Positions 1 to 9,997 of a DNA stretch of 64,000 nucleotides are shown piece after piece. The stretch comes from a virus. Location: positions 62,380-126,379 of IMG/VR virus record IMGVR_UViG_3300025137_000018; one strand, written 5' to 3'. A program made the position numbers and the translations under genes. The number at the start of each line of letters is the position of its first letter. Within the stretch, counting starts at the first letter, position 1. The notes under the pieces are model-generated. The model was not told the origin of the DNA and did not search any database. It saw only the letters and a program-made list of their open reading frames with translations.

Positions 1-442
1 ACTTCAACAAGCTCCAAGAGAAGTTGAAATAATAACAAAACCAGTTCAGATAGATATTGTTCAGCCAGTAATGCCTAGAGCAATAGATTTAAAAGAACCT
101 AAATGGTATGTAGTTTCAGATACCAAGATAATAGAAAATTGTCTAAAAGATCCTGAAACTAAAAAATCAAACTGTAAATTAGGTAGAGAAGATTTATACC
201 CAGAAGGATATACATACCTTGATAAATTTATAGATGATATAAAGAAAAACCATGGCGGTGATATTGTATTTGTTGCTATGACTGTTGATGATTATGAGTT
301 AATGTCTTATAATACTCAAGAAATTAAAAGATATATTAATCAGCTCGGCGAGGTGATAGTTTACTATAGGAATGTAACAATAAATGATGAAAATGCTGCA
401 GCAGTTGAAATTAAACTGGAGAAAAAAAATGGCAACGACTAG
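1..442 (+). CDS. putative o-spanin (Rz1-like) lipoprotein, 5'-truncated by the window edge
   Basis: Frame is open from base 2 (LQQAPREVEIITKPVQIDIVQPVMPRAI...). Pro-rich N-part followed by VFVAMTVDDYELMSYNTQEIKRYINQLGEVIVYYR, resembling outer-spanin-like proteins of marine phages. The lipobox would lie outside the window. Confidence 0.5.
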   Translation, partial: LQQAPREVEIITKPVQIDIVQPVMPRAIDLKEPKWYVVSDTKIIENCLKDPETKKSNCKLGREDLYPEGYTYLDKFIDDIKKNHGGDIVFVAMTVDDYELMSYNTQEIKRYINQLGEVIVYYRNVTINDENAAAVEIKLEKKNGND

Positions 443-1190
443 AATGAAAGAAACAATGACAGTATGGGAAAGAGCAGAGGTAGCAGCTAAGCTATCCGCA
501 ATCGCATATATGAATCCTAAACCTGCAGAAACTGCAGCAAAAAAGCTAGGGTTTAACTCAGCAAATCTAATTAGTAGAGACGGAGCAGAAGTATTGGTAT
601 GTAAAGACCGTAATGATATGTGGTTTGCTTTTAGAGGAACAGAACCTTCAAAACTAAATGATGTATTAGCTGACCTTAAAGTAATTAAGAATACTGCTAA
701 AGCTGGTGGTAAAGTTCACGGTGGATTCCAAGAAGAAGTAGATGACTTATGGATGGATATAGTAAAAGAACTTGATCATAATGACCAGTTAAAAGTAAGA
801 AAAGATGTTTACTTTACTGGACATAGCTTAGGTGCAGCCATGGCTACTATCAGTTCAACTAGGTATCAACCAGAAGAACTATTTACATTTGGTTCTCCAA
901 GAGTTGGCGGAAAGCATTTTATAAAGAATATCAAAGCTGATCATTATAGATTCATGAATAATAATGATATTGTATGTAGAATCCCACCAGCATGGCTAGG
1001 ATTTAGACATCATGGTGAAATGATTTATTTTGATAGATTCGGTAATAAAGCACTTAAGCCAACATGGGCTGATACGTTGTATGGTATATGGAATTCATGG
1101 AAAAGATTTAAATTCTTTGATGGAGTTGTAGATCACGGAATGCCTAATTATGTACAAGCAATTAAAAAGCTTGCAAAAATTAAGGAATAA
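429..1190 (+). CDS. class 3 lipase (alpha/beta hydrolase)
   Basis: AFRGT oxyanion motif, VHGGF, GHSLG nucleophile elbow, TFGSPRVG, NNNDIV and a C-terminal DH. Start taken at ATG 429. Confidence 0.9.
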   Translation: MATTRMKETMTVWERAEVAAKLSAIAYMNPKPAETAAKKLGFNSANLISRDGAEVLVCKDRNDMWFAFRGTEPSKLNDVLADLKVIKNTAKAGGKVHGGFQEEVDDLWMDIVKELDHNDQLKVRKDVYFTGHSLGAAMATISSTRYQPEELFTFGSPRVGGKHFIKNIKADHYRFMNNNDIVCRIPPAWLGFRHHGEMIYFDRFGNKALKPTWADTLYGIWNSWKRFKFFDGVVDHGMPNYVQAIKKLAKIKE

Positions 1191-1192
1191 TC

Positions 1193-1519
1193 ATGAACTG
1201 GCTTATCATACTCACACTTAAATCAATTTTATCTTCAATCATTGGTAGTTCATTTTACAAATGGTTTGAAGGTACTACTGTAGGTATCTGGTTTCAAAAG
1301 AAAGTAGATACGTTTATGCAATATCTTGCTGTAAAGTATGATATAGAATTAGCTAAGAAAGATGCTAAATTTAGAAAACAATATCCACTTGTAGCCGAAA
1401 GACTTGATTATGTAGAAAGTATCGCACATTGTAAATGCGGTATTGAAGAGTTCGACGGCTATAAACCTCTTATATCTCGAATTGAAGAAATTGAAAGAAG
1501 ACTCAAAATAAAAAAATAA
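1193..1519 (+). CDS. hypothetical protein with hydrophobic N-terminus
   Basis: 108-aa ORF directly after the lipase. Confidence 0.6.
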   Translation: MNWLIILTLKSILSSIIGSSFYKWFEGTTVGIWFQKKVDTFMQYLAVKYDIELAKKDAKFRKQYPLVAERLDYVESIAHCKCGIEEFDGYKPLISRIEEIERRLKIKK

Positions 1520-1529
1520 CACAAACTGG

Positions 1530-1558
1530 TGTACATTTGTTGAGTTCTATGGTATAAT
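1530..1558 (+). promoter_or_regulatory. sigma70-type phage early/middle promoter
   Basis: TGTACA-N17-TATAAT with extended -10 TG, upstream of nrdA. Confidence 0.8.
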
Positions 1559-1600
1559 AGATATATTAAATGAAACACAATATGAACAGGGATAAACATT

Positions 1601-3907
1601 ATGGGCATAAATGTCACTAAGAGGGACGGCACTCTCCAAAGCTTCGATTTAGAAAAAGTACATAAGGTACTCGAATGGGCCGTAGAAGATATATCAGGTG
1701 TATCTCAATCAGAGATAGAACTAAAATCAAATATTCAATTATACGATAAAATACCCGCTTATGATATACACGAATTACTTATCAAAAGTGCATCTGAATT
1801 AATATCTGAGCATACACCAAACTATCAATACGTAGCGGCTCGATTAATCAATTATAAATTACGAAAAGAAGTTTATGGCGAATATAAACCATGGTCTCTT
1901 GCTCATCTTATTATTGAAAATGTCTCACGTGGGGTATACGATGGCGATATTATGAAAAGCTACACTCGCGAAGAGATAGATCAATTAGATACATATATAA
2001 AGCATGACAGAGATGATCTATTCACGTATGCTGGAATGGAACAGTTCCGTGGTAAATACCTAGTACAAGATAGAAAAGAAAAAATCCATTATGAAACACC
2101 ACAGATGCTTTACATGATGGTTGCGGCAACTCTATTTTCAAATTATGCAAAAGAAACTCGAATGAAATTTGTAAAGGATTATTATGATGCAATTTCCCAA
2201 TTTTATATATCACTCCCTACTCCAATTATGGCAGGAGTGCGTACACCAACCCGTCAGTTTTCAAGCTGTGTGCTTATCGAATCTGGCGATTCTCTTGACA
2301 GCATTAACGCTACTGCCACCTCTATCGTAAAATACATTAGTAAGAAAGCAGGTATTGGTATTGGTGCTGGTTCTATTAGAGCCAATGGTGCTAAAGTCGG
2401 TGATGGTTCAGTTGTTCATACTGGATTAATTCCATTTTTAAAATATTTTCAAGCTGCGGTAAAATCATGTTCACAAGGTGGTGTTCGTGGTGGTGCAGCA
2501 ACTGTATATCTACCACTATGGCATTATGAATTTGAAGACTTAGTAGTACTTAAAAACAATAAAGGAACTGATGAAACTCGTGTACGACACATGGATTACG
2601 CGTTCCAATTAAATAAGTTAATGTACGAAAGACTATTAACAGGTGGTAATATAACCTTCTTTGATCCTAATGATGTGCCAGGGTTGTATGAATCGTTCTT
2701 TGATGACCAAGACAAATTTAAAGAGTTATATGAAAAATACGAAAGAGCTTATTCTGTGCGTAAAAAATCTTTACCAGCACTTGAAGTATTTCAGCAGTTA
2801 TTAACTGAAAGAAAAGATACTGGTAGAATTTATATAATGAATGTCGACCATGCAAATGAACATGGAGCATTTAAACCAGATAGAGCACCAATTAGAATGA
2901 GTAATCTGTGTTGTGAAATTGATTTACCTACAAAGCCATTACAATCATACAATGACGATGAAGGGGAAATTTCACTATGTACGTTATCCGCAATTAATTG
3001 GGGTTTAATTAACCATCCTGGAGAATTTAAAAAGTACTGTGAGTTAGCAGTAAGAGGTTTAGATGAATTATTGGATTATCAGGCATATCCAATTCCAGCT
3101 GCAGAAAAATCTACAATGGCTCGTAGACCATTAGGTATTGGTATTATTAACCTAGCTTATTTCTTAGCAAAAAGAGGATTAAAATACGATGAGTCAGCAT
3201 TTAAAATTGTAGATGAATACGCAGAATCTTGGTCATATTATCTTATAAGAGCTTCATCAAAATTAGCTAGAGAAAAAGGTAAAATATCTGCAATTGATGA
3301 CACAAAATACGGCTCTGGAGTACTTCCAATTGATACATATAAAGGTGCAGTAGATAATTTAATAGAGCATAAAGAACGCGTACCTTGGAAACAATTAAGA
3401 ACTCACTTAAAAGAACACGGTATTAGAAACAGCACTTTAATGGCATTAATGCCAGCTGAAACATCTGCACAAATTAGTAATAGCACTAATGGTATTGAAC
3501 CACCTAGAGCACTTGTATCTTATAAACAATCTAAGGACGGTGTATTAGCTCAGGTTGTTCCAGGATACCATCATTTAAAAAATAAATATGATTTATTGTG
3601 GGATCAAGAAGGAACTGATGGATATCTCAAGATATGTGCTATCCTTCAAAAGTATATTGATCAGGGTATTAGTGTTAATACTTCTTACAATCCAGAAAAG
3701 TTTGAAGACAATAAAATTCCTATGTCGTTAATGATACAGGATCTTGTTAATGCGTACAAATTTGGATTAAAACAACTCTACTATTTTAACACTCATGATG
3801 GTGCAGGAGAAATGAAAGACGATGACCATCATACATACGATAGTGGAACAACTGAAACCCAGTCAGTAATTATTGACGATGACGATTGCGAAAGCTGTAA
3901 AATTTAA
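1601..3907 (+). CDS. nrdA: ribonucleotide reductase class Ia alpha subunit
   Basis: N-terminal ATP cone (VTKRDG), PTPIMAG, QFSSCVL, SNLCCEI catalytic Cys, ALMPAETS, YY pair and C-terminal CESC. Confidence 0.98.
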   Translation: MGINVTKRDGTLQSFDLEKVHKVLEWAVEDISGVSQSEIELKSNIQLYDKIPAYDIHELLIKSASELISEHTPNYQYVAARLINYKLRKEVYGEYKPWSLAHLIIENVSRGVYDGDIMKSYTREEIDQLDTYIKHDRDDLFTYAGMEQFRGKYLVQDRKEKIHYETPQMLYMMVAATLFSNYAKETRMKFVKDYYDAISQFYISLPTPIMAGVRTPTRQFSSCVLIESGDSLDSINATATSIVKYISKKAGIGIGAGSIRANGAKVGDGSVVHTGLIPFLKYFQAAVKSCSQGGVRGGAATVYLPLWHYEFEDLVVLKNNKGTDETRVRHMDYAFQLNKLMYERLLTGGNITFFDPNDVPGLYESFFDDQDKFKELYEKYERAYSVRKKSLPALEVFQQLLTERKDTGRIYIMNVDHANEHGAFKPDRAPIRMSNLCCEIDLPTKPLQSYNDDEGEISLCTLSAINWGLINHPGEFKKYCELAVRGLDELLDYQAYPIPAAEKSTMARRPLGIGIINLAYFLAKRGLKYDESAFKIVDEYAESWSYYLIRASSKLAREKGKISAIDDTKYGSGVLPIDTYKGAVDNLIEHKERVPWKQLRTHLKEHGIRNSTLMALMPAETSAQISNSTNGIEPPRALVSYKQSKDGVLAQVVPGYHHLKNKYDLLWDQEGTDGYLKICAILQKYIDQGISVNTSYNPEKFEDNKIPMSLMIQDLVNAYKFGLKQLYYFNTHDGAGEMKDDDHHTYDSGTTETQSVIIDDDDCESCKI

Positions 3908-3919
3908 AGGATATATAAA

Positions 3920-4993
3920 ATGGCAATATTGAAGAAAAATAAAAAATCACATCTAGCAAAGAACATGTTTTTAGATGAAGCAGTAGATATACAAAGGTTT
4001 GATACTTTAAAATACCCACAAATAGATAAAATTACAGAAAAACAGCTTGGATTCTTTTGGAGGCCTGAAGAGGTAGATATTTCAAAAGATAAAAAAGATT
4101 TTGAAGGATTAACCGAACACGAAAAGCATATTTTTACAAGTAATCTTAAAAGACAAATTCTTTTAGATTCTGTTCAAGGTAGAGCACCAAACCTAGCATT
4201 TCTACCAATTGCAAGTTTACCAGAAATTGAAAACTGGATTGAAACTTGGAGCTTCTTTGAAACAATACACAGTAGATCATATACACATATTATTAGAAAT
4301 ATTTATCCAGATCCTTCAATAGTGTTTGATGGCATGCTTAATGTAAAAGAAATATTAGATTGTGGTAATGATATTGCAAAATATTACGATGACTTAATTA
4401 CATGCAATCACGGACCAACAAATAAGATGGATCATAAAAGAGCATTATATATGTGCTTAATGTCAGCTAATGCATTAGAAGGTATTAGGTTTTATGTGTC
4501 ATTTGCATGTTCTTGGGCATTTGCTGAACTTAAAAAAATGGAAGGTAATGCAAAGATTATTAAGTTTATTGCTAGAGATGAAAATACACATTTAGCAGGT
4601 ACAACGGTTTTAATTAAAAATCTATTAAAAGAAGATAAAGATTATATTAAAATTGCTAAGGAAATGGAAGACGAAGTAGTAAAATTATTTACTAAAGTTA
4701 TAGAACAAGAAAAAGAATGGGCACATTATTTATTTAAAGATGGCTCTATGATTGGACTTAACGAAAATATTTTAGGTAGCTATATTGAATGGATTGGTTG
4801 TAAGAGAATGAGAGCATTAAGTTTAACATGCCCTTACACTGTTCCTAAAATAAACCCATTGCCATGGACTGAAAAATGGATTGGTGGTGGTAATGTGCAA
4901 GTAGCTCCACAAGAAACTGAAATTAGTTCATATGTTACAGGTGGTGTTAAACAAGACGTTGACCAAAAGTCATTATCAGGATTAAGTTTATAG
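3920..4993 (+). CDS. nrdB: ribonucleotide reductase class Ia beta subunit
   Basis: FFWRPEEVD, ETIHSRSY, LEGIRFYVSF, RDENTH di-iron motifs, VAPQETEISSY. Confidence 0.98.
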   Translation: MAILKKNKKSHLAKNMFLDEAVDIQRFDTLKYPQIDKITEKQLGFFWRPEEVDISKDKKDFEGLTEHEKHIFTSNLKRQILLDSVQGRAPNLAFLPIASLPEIENWIETWSFFETIHSRSYTHIIRNIYPDPSIVFDGMLNVKEILDCGNDIAKYYDDLITCNHGPTNKMDHKRALYMCLMSANALEGIRFYVSFACSWAFAELKKMEGNAKIIKFIARDENTHLAGTTVLIKNLLKEDKDYIKIAKEMEDEVVKLFTKVIEQEKEWAHYLFKDGSMIGLNENILGSYIEWIGCKRMRALSLTCPYTVPKINPLPWTEKWIGGGNVQVAPQETEISSYVTGGVKQDVDQKSLSGLSL

Positions 4994-5175
4994 TGAATAA
5001 CGAAGTACGGTGGTTTAAAATAATTAAACATGCACTCGGGTCCTTTGGTAAGGACGATGGGTACGACAGTGATAACGAAGTTCTTATTACATATGTTCGT
5101 ATGTCTATAGTAGGTTCTAATCTACTATGTGTATGGATAATCATTATAAACATTATTTTAGGATGGATACAGTGA
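4993..5175 (+). CDS. small membrane protein
   Basis: 60 aa with hydrophobic C-terminus; loosely similar to 12164..12343. Confidence 0.55.
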   Translation: MNNEVRWFKIIKHALGSFGKDDGYDSDNEVLITYVRMSIVGSNLLCVWIIIINIILGWIQ

Positions 5176-5351
5176 AACCTGAGAAAGTTTTACAGGTAGT
5201 AAACTTAGCCCCAAGTGAAGCTTGGGTAGAAAAAATAACAGAAATACATCCAATGCGTCAGATATTTTGGGCAACAGTAATTCAAGCATGTGTGTTTGGG
5301 TTTATGTTACTAGCGTTTTGGATAATTAACGGAGCAGTAAATTGGTTATAG
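5127..5351 (+). CDS. small membrane protein (start uncertain)
   Basis: C-terminal transmembrane-like segment; packed between neighbours. Confidence 0.55.
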   Translation: MCMDNHYKHYFRMDTVKPEKVLQVVNLAPSEAWVEKITEIHPMRQIFWATVIQACVFGFMLLAFWIINGAVNWL

Positions 5352-5575
5352 AAATTTATAGTAAAACACAATGTCCATTTTGCGACATGGCAGTACGTAA
5401 AGCTGAAGCTATGGTACAAGAGTCAACCAACATTACATATGTAAAATATATGTTAAATGATGATTTCACACGAGAAGAGCTATTTGAGAAGTTTCCAACA
5501 GCAAGAACGTTTCCTCAAATAACAATCGATGGTGAATCAATCGGAGGCTGGGACCAATTTAAGGATATAGTCTAA
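5342..5575 (+). CDS. glutaredoxin
   Basis: CPFC active site, TFPQI cis-Pro loop, IGG; near nrdAB. Confidence 0.93.
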   Translation: MVIEIYSKTQCPFCDMAVRKAEAMVQESTNITYVKYMLNDDFTREELFEKFPTARTFPQITIDGESIGGWDQFKDIV

Positions 5576-5745
5576 TGTCAACTACAATAATAGAATGCAA
5601 TGTGTGTTTTCATGCTTCTGAAATTTATTACGAAATTGATGAAGACGATAACCCAGATCTACTTCCAAAACATTGTCCATTTTGTGGTTATAAAGAACCA
5701 GAAGAAAATTTTGATGAAGATTGGGAAGATATAGACGATACATAA
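5575..5745 (+). CDS. small Zn-ribbon protein with acidic tail (not in ORF track)
   Basis: 56 aa MSTTIIECNVC...KHCPFCG...EDWEDIDDT; two CxxC pairs; start overlaps the glutaredoxin stop. Confidence 0.7.
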   Translation: MSTTIIECNVCFHASEIYYEIDEDDNPDLLPKHCPFCGYKEPEENFDEDWEDIDDT

Positions 5746-5753
5746 ATATAATT

Positions 5754-6176
5754 ATGGAATGGTTATATAAAGGTAGAGTGTTTGTCCCACCAGAGAATTT
5801 TAGTAGTGATGATTACTATGGCTTTGTTTACGAAATAACAAATCGTTGCAATGGTAAAAAGTATATAGGAAAGAAATTTTTCTGGAGCCAAAAAACATTG
5901 GCTAAAACAAAGACTAGAAAACGTAGAAAAAAAATATTAATAGAATCTGATTGGAGAAATTATTTTGGATCAAATAAAATTTTATCTGAAGAAGTTAAAA
6001 CTCAAGGCGAAAGTATTTTCCATAGAAATATTTTGCATTTATGTAACACTAAAGGTGAATGTGCTTACCTGGAGGCTAAAGAGCAATTCGATAAAGAAGT
6101 ATTAATGTCAGATAAATATTATAACGGTATTATCAATGTTAGACTTGGCGGAAATGCAGTAAAAGGGCTAAAATAA
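5754..6176 (+). CDS. GIY-YIG family endonuclease
   Basis: YGFVYEITN...KKYIGKK, W..YFGS, LEAKEQ, YYNG. Confidence 0.85.
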   Translation: MEWLYKGRVFVPPENFSSDDYYGFVYEITNRCNGKKYIGKKFFWSQKTLAKTKTRKRRKKILIESDWRNYFGSNKILSEEVKTQGESIFHRNILHLCNTKGECAYLEAKEQFDKEVLMSDKYYNGIINVRLGGNAVKGLK

Positions 6177-6179
6177 CAC

Positions 6180-6208
6180 TGTACAATCAATGGAATATAT
6201 GGTATAAT
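6180..6208 (+). promoter_or_regulatory. phage early/middle promoter
   Basis: TGTACA-N17-TATAAT with TG extension; ATG only 6 nt after the -10 (possibly leaderless). Confidence 0.8.
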
Positions 6209-6214
6209 AACACT

Positions 6215-6613
6215 ATGAAAGCAGAAAAAAGTAATGTAATTCAGTTTCCTACAGAACGTAGATTAGCTGAAGTAGAGGAAGAACGAATGGATATCATGCT
6301 TCAAAACGAAGATGATGCTATCAATGTTGCTCATTACATAATGGATTTAATACAATCAGCATTAGATGAATTATCAGTAGAATATCCAGATCTTAATATT
6401 GACATGTCAGATAATGAAGATGTTAACTATAAAGATTTTATGGTTATTCTAAATATGCTTGTTAGTTTATTTTTCAGAAGAGCTGGAATGGATCATATCT
6501 TACATGAAGATTTAGAAAATTCATATGCAAAATTAGCCGCTTTAGTTGCTTTCAGACTAGAAGATTACCAATTAACAGTAGAGGACGTTGAAGACGAAGA
6601 TGATATTACTTGA
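6215..6613 (+). CDS. hypothetical acidic protein
   Basis: 132-aa ORF with NVIQFP N-terminal motif common in phage proteins. Confidence 0.65.
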   Translation: MKAEKSNVIQFPTERRLAEVEEERMDIMLQNEDDAINVAHYIMDLIQSALDELSVEYPDLNIDMSDNEDVNYKDFMVILNMLVSLFFRRAGMDHILHEDLENSYAKLAALVAFRLEDYQLTVEDVEDEDDIT

Positions 6614-7460
6614 TTATAGCCAAATCGCACTATCAAATATTATAGTGCAAAAACTAAATGATGAAAAAATGATTAGACACATGATACTAAACAGTATCAG
6701 AATGTATAATAAAAAATACCGAAATGAGTATGGCCAAATGGTTATATGTGCTGACGGTATGAATACTTGGAGAAAAGAATTTTTTCCAGAATACAAAGCT
6801 CATAGAAAAAAGAAGAGAGCAGAAACCGATTCAACTATGGATTGGACCGAAGTATTTAGAATTTTAAATTTGGTTAGAGAAGAACTTAAAGATAATTTTC
6901 CATATAAAGTAGTACATATGGAAGGTGCAGAGGCTGATGATATTATTGGTGCTCTAGTACAAAATACTCAAGAGTTTGGCAATCATGAACCAGTAATGAT
7001 TATATCTTCTGATAAAGATTTTATACAATTACACAAATATTCAAATGTAAAACAGTTTTCACCAATTCAAAAGAAAGCTGTTTCAGATAAAAATCCTAGG
7101 ACATATTGTTTTGAACATATATGTCGTGGCGACAAGGGAGATGGTATACCAAATATACTATCACCTGATAACTCTTTTGTTGATGAAATAAGGCAATCGC
7201 CAATGACACAAAAGAAAATAGCTTATTGGTTAGAAAACTCCGATAAGCTACAAGAAGTGATGACAACTGAGGAATTCAGAAATTACCAAAGGAATAAAAA
7301 ACTTATTGATTTGGAAGAAATCCCGTTTGATCTATCTCAAACTATTATAAATAATTTTGTAGAGCAAAAGCCAGCTATGCGAATGAAAGTTTTAAACTAT
7401 CTAATTAAAAACAGATTAAAGAATCTGGTTGAATGTGCGGAGGAATTTTACAATGGCTAA
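6600..7460 (+). CDS. rnh: T4-type RNase H / 5'-3' exonuclease
   Basis: MILLDYSQ, WRK..FPEYKAHR, EADDIIG, SSDKDFIQL, GDKGDGIPNI. Confidence 0.95.
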   Translation: MILLDYSQIALSNIIVQKLNDEKMIRHMILNSIRMYNKKYRNEYGQMVICADGMNTWRKEFFPEYKAHRKKKRAETDSTMDWTEVFRILNLVREELKDNFPYKVVHMEGAEADDIIGALVQNTQEFGNHEPVMIISSDKDFIQLHKYSNVKQFSPIQKKAVSDKNPRTYCFEHICRGDKGDGIPNILSPDNSFVDEIRQSPMTQKKIAYWLENSDKLQEVMTTEEFRNYQRNKKLIDLEEIPFDLSQTIINNFVEQKPAMRMKVLNYLIKNRLKNLVECAEEFYNG

Positions 7461-7926
7461 TTTATTAATCTCTGAGGTATTAACTAATACCGGTAAAAAA
7501 AGAGGAAAAGCTGAGAAGCAAAAATATCTAAAAGACAACTATTCGGTTGCCTTAATTACAGTACTAAAAGGAGCTTGGGATCCCATTGTAGAATGGAATC
7601 TTCCTAAAGGCGTGCCACCTTACGTAAAGGACGATGCACCTATAGGACATAGCCCTAGTAGTATACATTTAGAGCAGAAAAGATTACCTTACCTTGTTAA
7701 AGGTCATCCTTTAGCAAAAGGATTATCACAGAGTAAGGTAGAAACAATGTTTATTAGCATGTTAGAATCAGTACATCCTGACGAAGCTGATATTCTTATT
7801 GCAATGAAGGACAAGGCATTTACTAGTAAGTTCGGTGGTGTTACTAAAAAAATGGTAGCAGAAGTATGGCCTGACCTATTCAGTGATATGGTGTTAGATG
7901 ACGCTATTGTTGATAAAGCAATCTAA
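7453..7926 (+). CDS. hypothetical protein typical of T4-like phages
   Basis: LPKGVPPY and FISMLESVHPDEADIL motifs; located after rnh. Confidence 0.7.
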   Translation: MANLLISEVLTNTGKKRGKAEKQKYLKDNYSVALITVLKGAWDPIVEWNLPKGVPPYVKDDAPIGHSPSSIHLEQKRLPYLVKGHPLAKGLSQSKVETMFISMLESVHPDEADILIAMKDKAFTSKFGGVTKKMVAEVWPDLFSDMVLDDAIVDKAI

Positions 7927-8003
7927 TTAAAATTAACTTAACAGGAGAACCCAATACCTATATTATGTTTTTTTAAATTTTAACTAACCAACAAGGAGAA
8001 TCC

Positions 8004-8168
8004 ATGCACGGTATTCATCGATTGAGGCGAGATATTATTGAAACTAAACATTATAGAATGAGATTAATTAAAAAAGGCAAAGAAGTTCTGGCATATAAAA
8101 TGGCTAAAAAAGTATTATATATGGAAAAGAATCTTCAAGATCTTGAACGGGTATATATGGGGAGGTAA
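8004..8168 (+). CDS. small basic hypothetical protein (not in ORF track)
   Basis: 54 aa MHGIHRLRRDII..., AAGGAG RBS upstream, terminator downstream. Confidence 0.6.
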   Translation: MHGIHRLRRDIIETKHYRMRLIKKGKEVLAYKMAKKVLYMEKNLQDLERVYMGR

Positions 8169-8176
8169 ACCATTGG

Positions 8177-8204
8177 GTTAACCTCAGACGTGGGGTTAAC
8201 TTTT
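8177..8204 (+). terminator. intrinsic terminator
   Basis: GTTAACCTCA-GACG-TGGGGTTAAC hairpin followed by TTTT. Confidence 0.65.
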
Positions 8205-8225
8205 ACTAAAACATGCAAATACATG

Positions 8226-8254
8226 TGTACATTATGTCTAAAATATGGTATAAT
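8226..8254 (+). promoter_or_regulatory. phage early/middle promoter
   Basis: TGTACA-N17-TATAAT with TG extension. Confidence 0.8.
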
Positions 8255-8285
8255 AGCATATATAAACTAATAAAAGAAGTATATT

Positions 8286-8537
8286 ATGAATGAATTTTTA
8301 ATTGAAAAAAACGTATACAACGGTGGTATACAAAAGGTATTTAAATTTCCTAACGGATATGGTGCAAGTGTTGTAAGGCACAAAGGTAGTTACGGCTACA
8401 TGAAAGGCCAATGGGAAATTGCTGTTCTTGACGAATCTGGTGCTATATGTTACAGCACTCCAATTACAGATAATGTAATTGGTTACCTCAATGATCCAGA
8501 AGTTGATAATCTATTAGGCCAAATCTCTAGATTATGA
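8286..8537 (+). CDS. phage hypothetical protein
   Basis: FKFPNGYGASVV..SYG...WEIAVL motif seen in many phage proteins. Confidence 0.75.
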   Translation: MNEFLIEKNVYNGGIQKVFKFPNGYGASVVRHKGSYGYMKGQWEIAVLDESGAICYSTPITDNVIGYLNDPEVDNLLGQISRL

Positions 8538-9088
8538 ATATATTTATCTTAAATAATGATCCAGTGAAAGCGGCACAAGACCAGTGCGATAAACATGTGG
8601 TCAAAATGATTGTAGAATCAGCACAAATGCTTTCTACAGTACATCGTATGCTTGATGGCGTAATGGAACGTAGGCCATCAAAGTCTGGTTCCATGTTACA
8701 ATACTTTAAACTCAATGACGAAAGAGAAGACATTCTTTATAAGGCATGTCATTTTAATCATCCATCTACAGTATGGACCAGAGAATCAGTACATAATTAC
8801 AAGTGGCATTATGAACATTTTGTAGCCTTATGTGATGAGTATACATACAGATATGGTAAGATACATTCAACAGATCGTAAACTTAGAGGAGAGTTATATG
8901 ACATACCAGATAATATTCCTCAAATACCAATGACTCCATTTAAATTAGCAATGGCTTCATTTCCAGAATGTATCTCAGAATGTCCAATTACGTCATATCG
9001 TAAATTTTATGAAACAAAACAACATAGGTTCAATATGGCTTGGACTAAACGAGAAGTACCGGAGTGGTTTAATTATGCCAATGTATGA
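8534..9088 (+). CDS. pyrimidine-dimer DNA glycosylase (DenV-like family)
   Basis: MNIFIL...DKHVVKMIVESAQMLST, HFNHPSTVW, LCDEYTYRYGKIH. Confidence 0.8.
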   Translation: MNIFILNNDPVKAAQDQCDKHVVKMIVESAQMLSTVHRMLDGVMERRPSKSGSMLQYFKLNDEREDILYKACHFNHPSTVWTRESVHNYKWHYEHFVALCDEYTYRYGKIHSTDRKLRGELYDIPDNIPQIPMTPFKLAMASFPECISECPITSYRKFYETKQHRFNMAWTKREVPEWFNYANV

Positions 9089-9317
9089 TTTTAAAAATTT
9101 AGAAACTGATGAAGTAGAAACCAAAATGATGTCAATTGCTGACATGGAAGAATATGTTAAAGATCCAAATATTCAACAAGTTATATCTCCATCTCATATA
9201 GGTCATGAAGGAAATAAATCTATATTAACAAGAGCTGGAGGCGGTTGGAAAGAAGTTCAAGATAGAATTAAAAGCGGATTGCCACCAAAAGATAGGGATA
9301 ACATTAAAACAAAATGA
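9075..9317 (+). CDS. small FmdB-like protein
   Basis: MPMYDFKN..T.EV N-terminus; directly upstream of phoH as in other T4-like phages. Confidence 0.6.
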   Translation: MPMYDFKNLETDEVETKMMSIADMEEYVKDPNIQQVISPSHIGHEGNKSILTRAGGGWKEVQDRIKSGLPPKDRDNIKTK

Positions 9318-9997
9318 ATAAGAAGCCATCAAAACTTAGGATTGAGCACTTAGCCAAATTAGAACCACTAACAGAAAATCAGAAATTAGCATTTGATTCA
9401 TTTGCTTCTGGTAATCATATGTGTTTAGATGGTTCAGCAGGTACAGGTAAAACCTTTATATCATTATACCTCGCATTAGAAGCTGTCTTAAAGAAAGAAT
9501 ACAGTAAAGTTATTATTGTACGTTCTGCAGTTCCTACAAGAGATATGGGATTCCTACCAGGAACGCAAGAAGAAAAAGAAGATGCATACACTGCACCTTA
9601 CAAAGCTATTGTTAATGATTTATTTCAAGATAACGATGGATGGACCAAAATGATCCAAAATAAAAATATAGAGTTTCTTACAACTTCGTTTATAAGAGGA
9701 TTAACTATTAAAAACGCTATTGTAATAGTTGATGAATCTCAAAACTGTAATTACCATGAGCTATGTTCAGTAATCACAAGGTTAGGAGAAGACTGCAGAT
9801 TTATAACGTCAGGTGATTATTATCAATCTGATTTTACAAGAAATGGTGATAAAGACGGAATTAAAGAATTTATTAACATTATTAAAAACATGAAATATTT
9901 TGATCATATCGAATTTTCATGGGAAGATATCGTACGAAGTGGATTCGTAAGAGACTTTATTATGACAAAGGAATTATATGAAAATGGGAAACTTTAA
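9314..9997 (+). CDS. phoH: PhoH-like ATPase
   Basis: GSAGTGKT Walker A, GFLPGT..EK, IRGLT, VDESQN, SGD..QSD, DIVRSG. Confidence 0.95.
   Translation: MNKKPSKLRIEHLAKLEPLTENQKLAFDSFASGNHMCLDGSAGTGKTFISLYLALEAVLKKEYSKVIIVRSAVPTRDMGFLPGTQEEKEDAYTAPYKAIVNDLFQDNDGWTKMIQNKNIEFLTTSFIRGLTIKNAIVIVDESQNCNYHELCSVITRLGEDCRFITSGDYYQSDFTRNGDKDGIKEFINIIKNMKYFDHIEFSWEDIVRSGFVRDFIMTKELYENGKL

Noticed and set aside
1601-4993. Introns or inteins in nrdA/nrdB
   Set aside because: Both ORFs are uninterrupted and of normal length
5754-6176. Mobile homing endonuclease element
   Set aside because: Single short GIY-YIG domain with no DNA-binding extension and no flanking intron; fits a resident T4-like nuclease equally well
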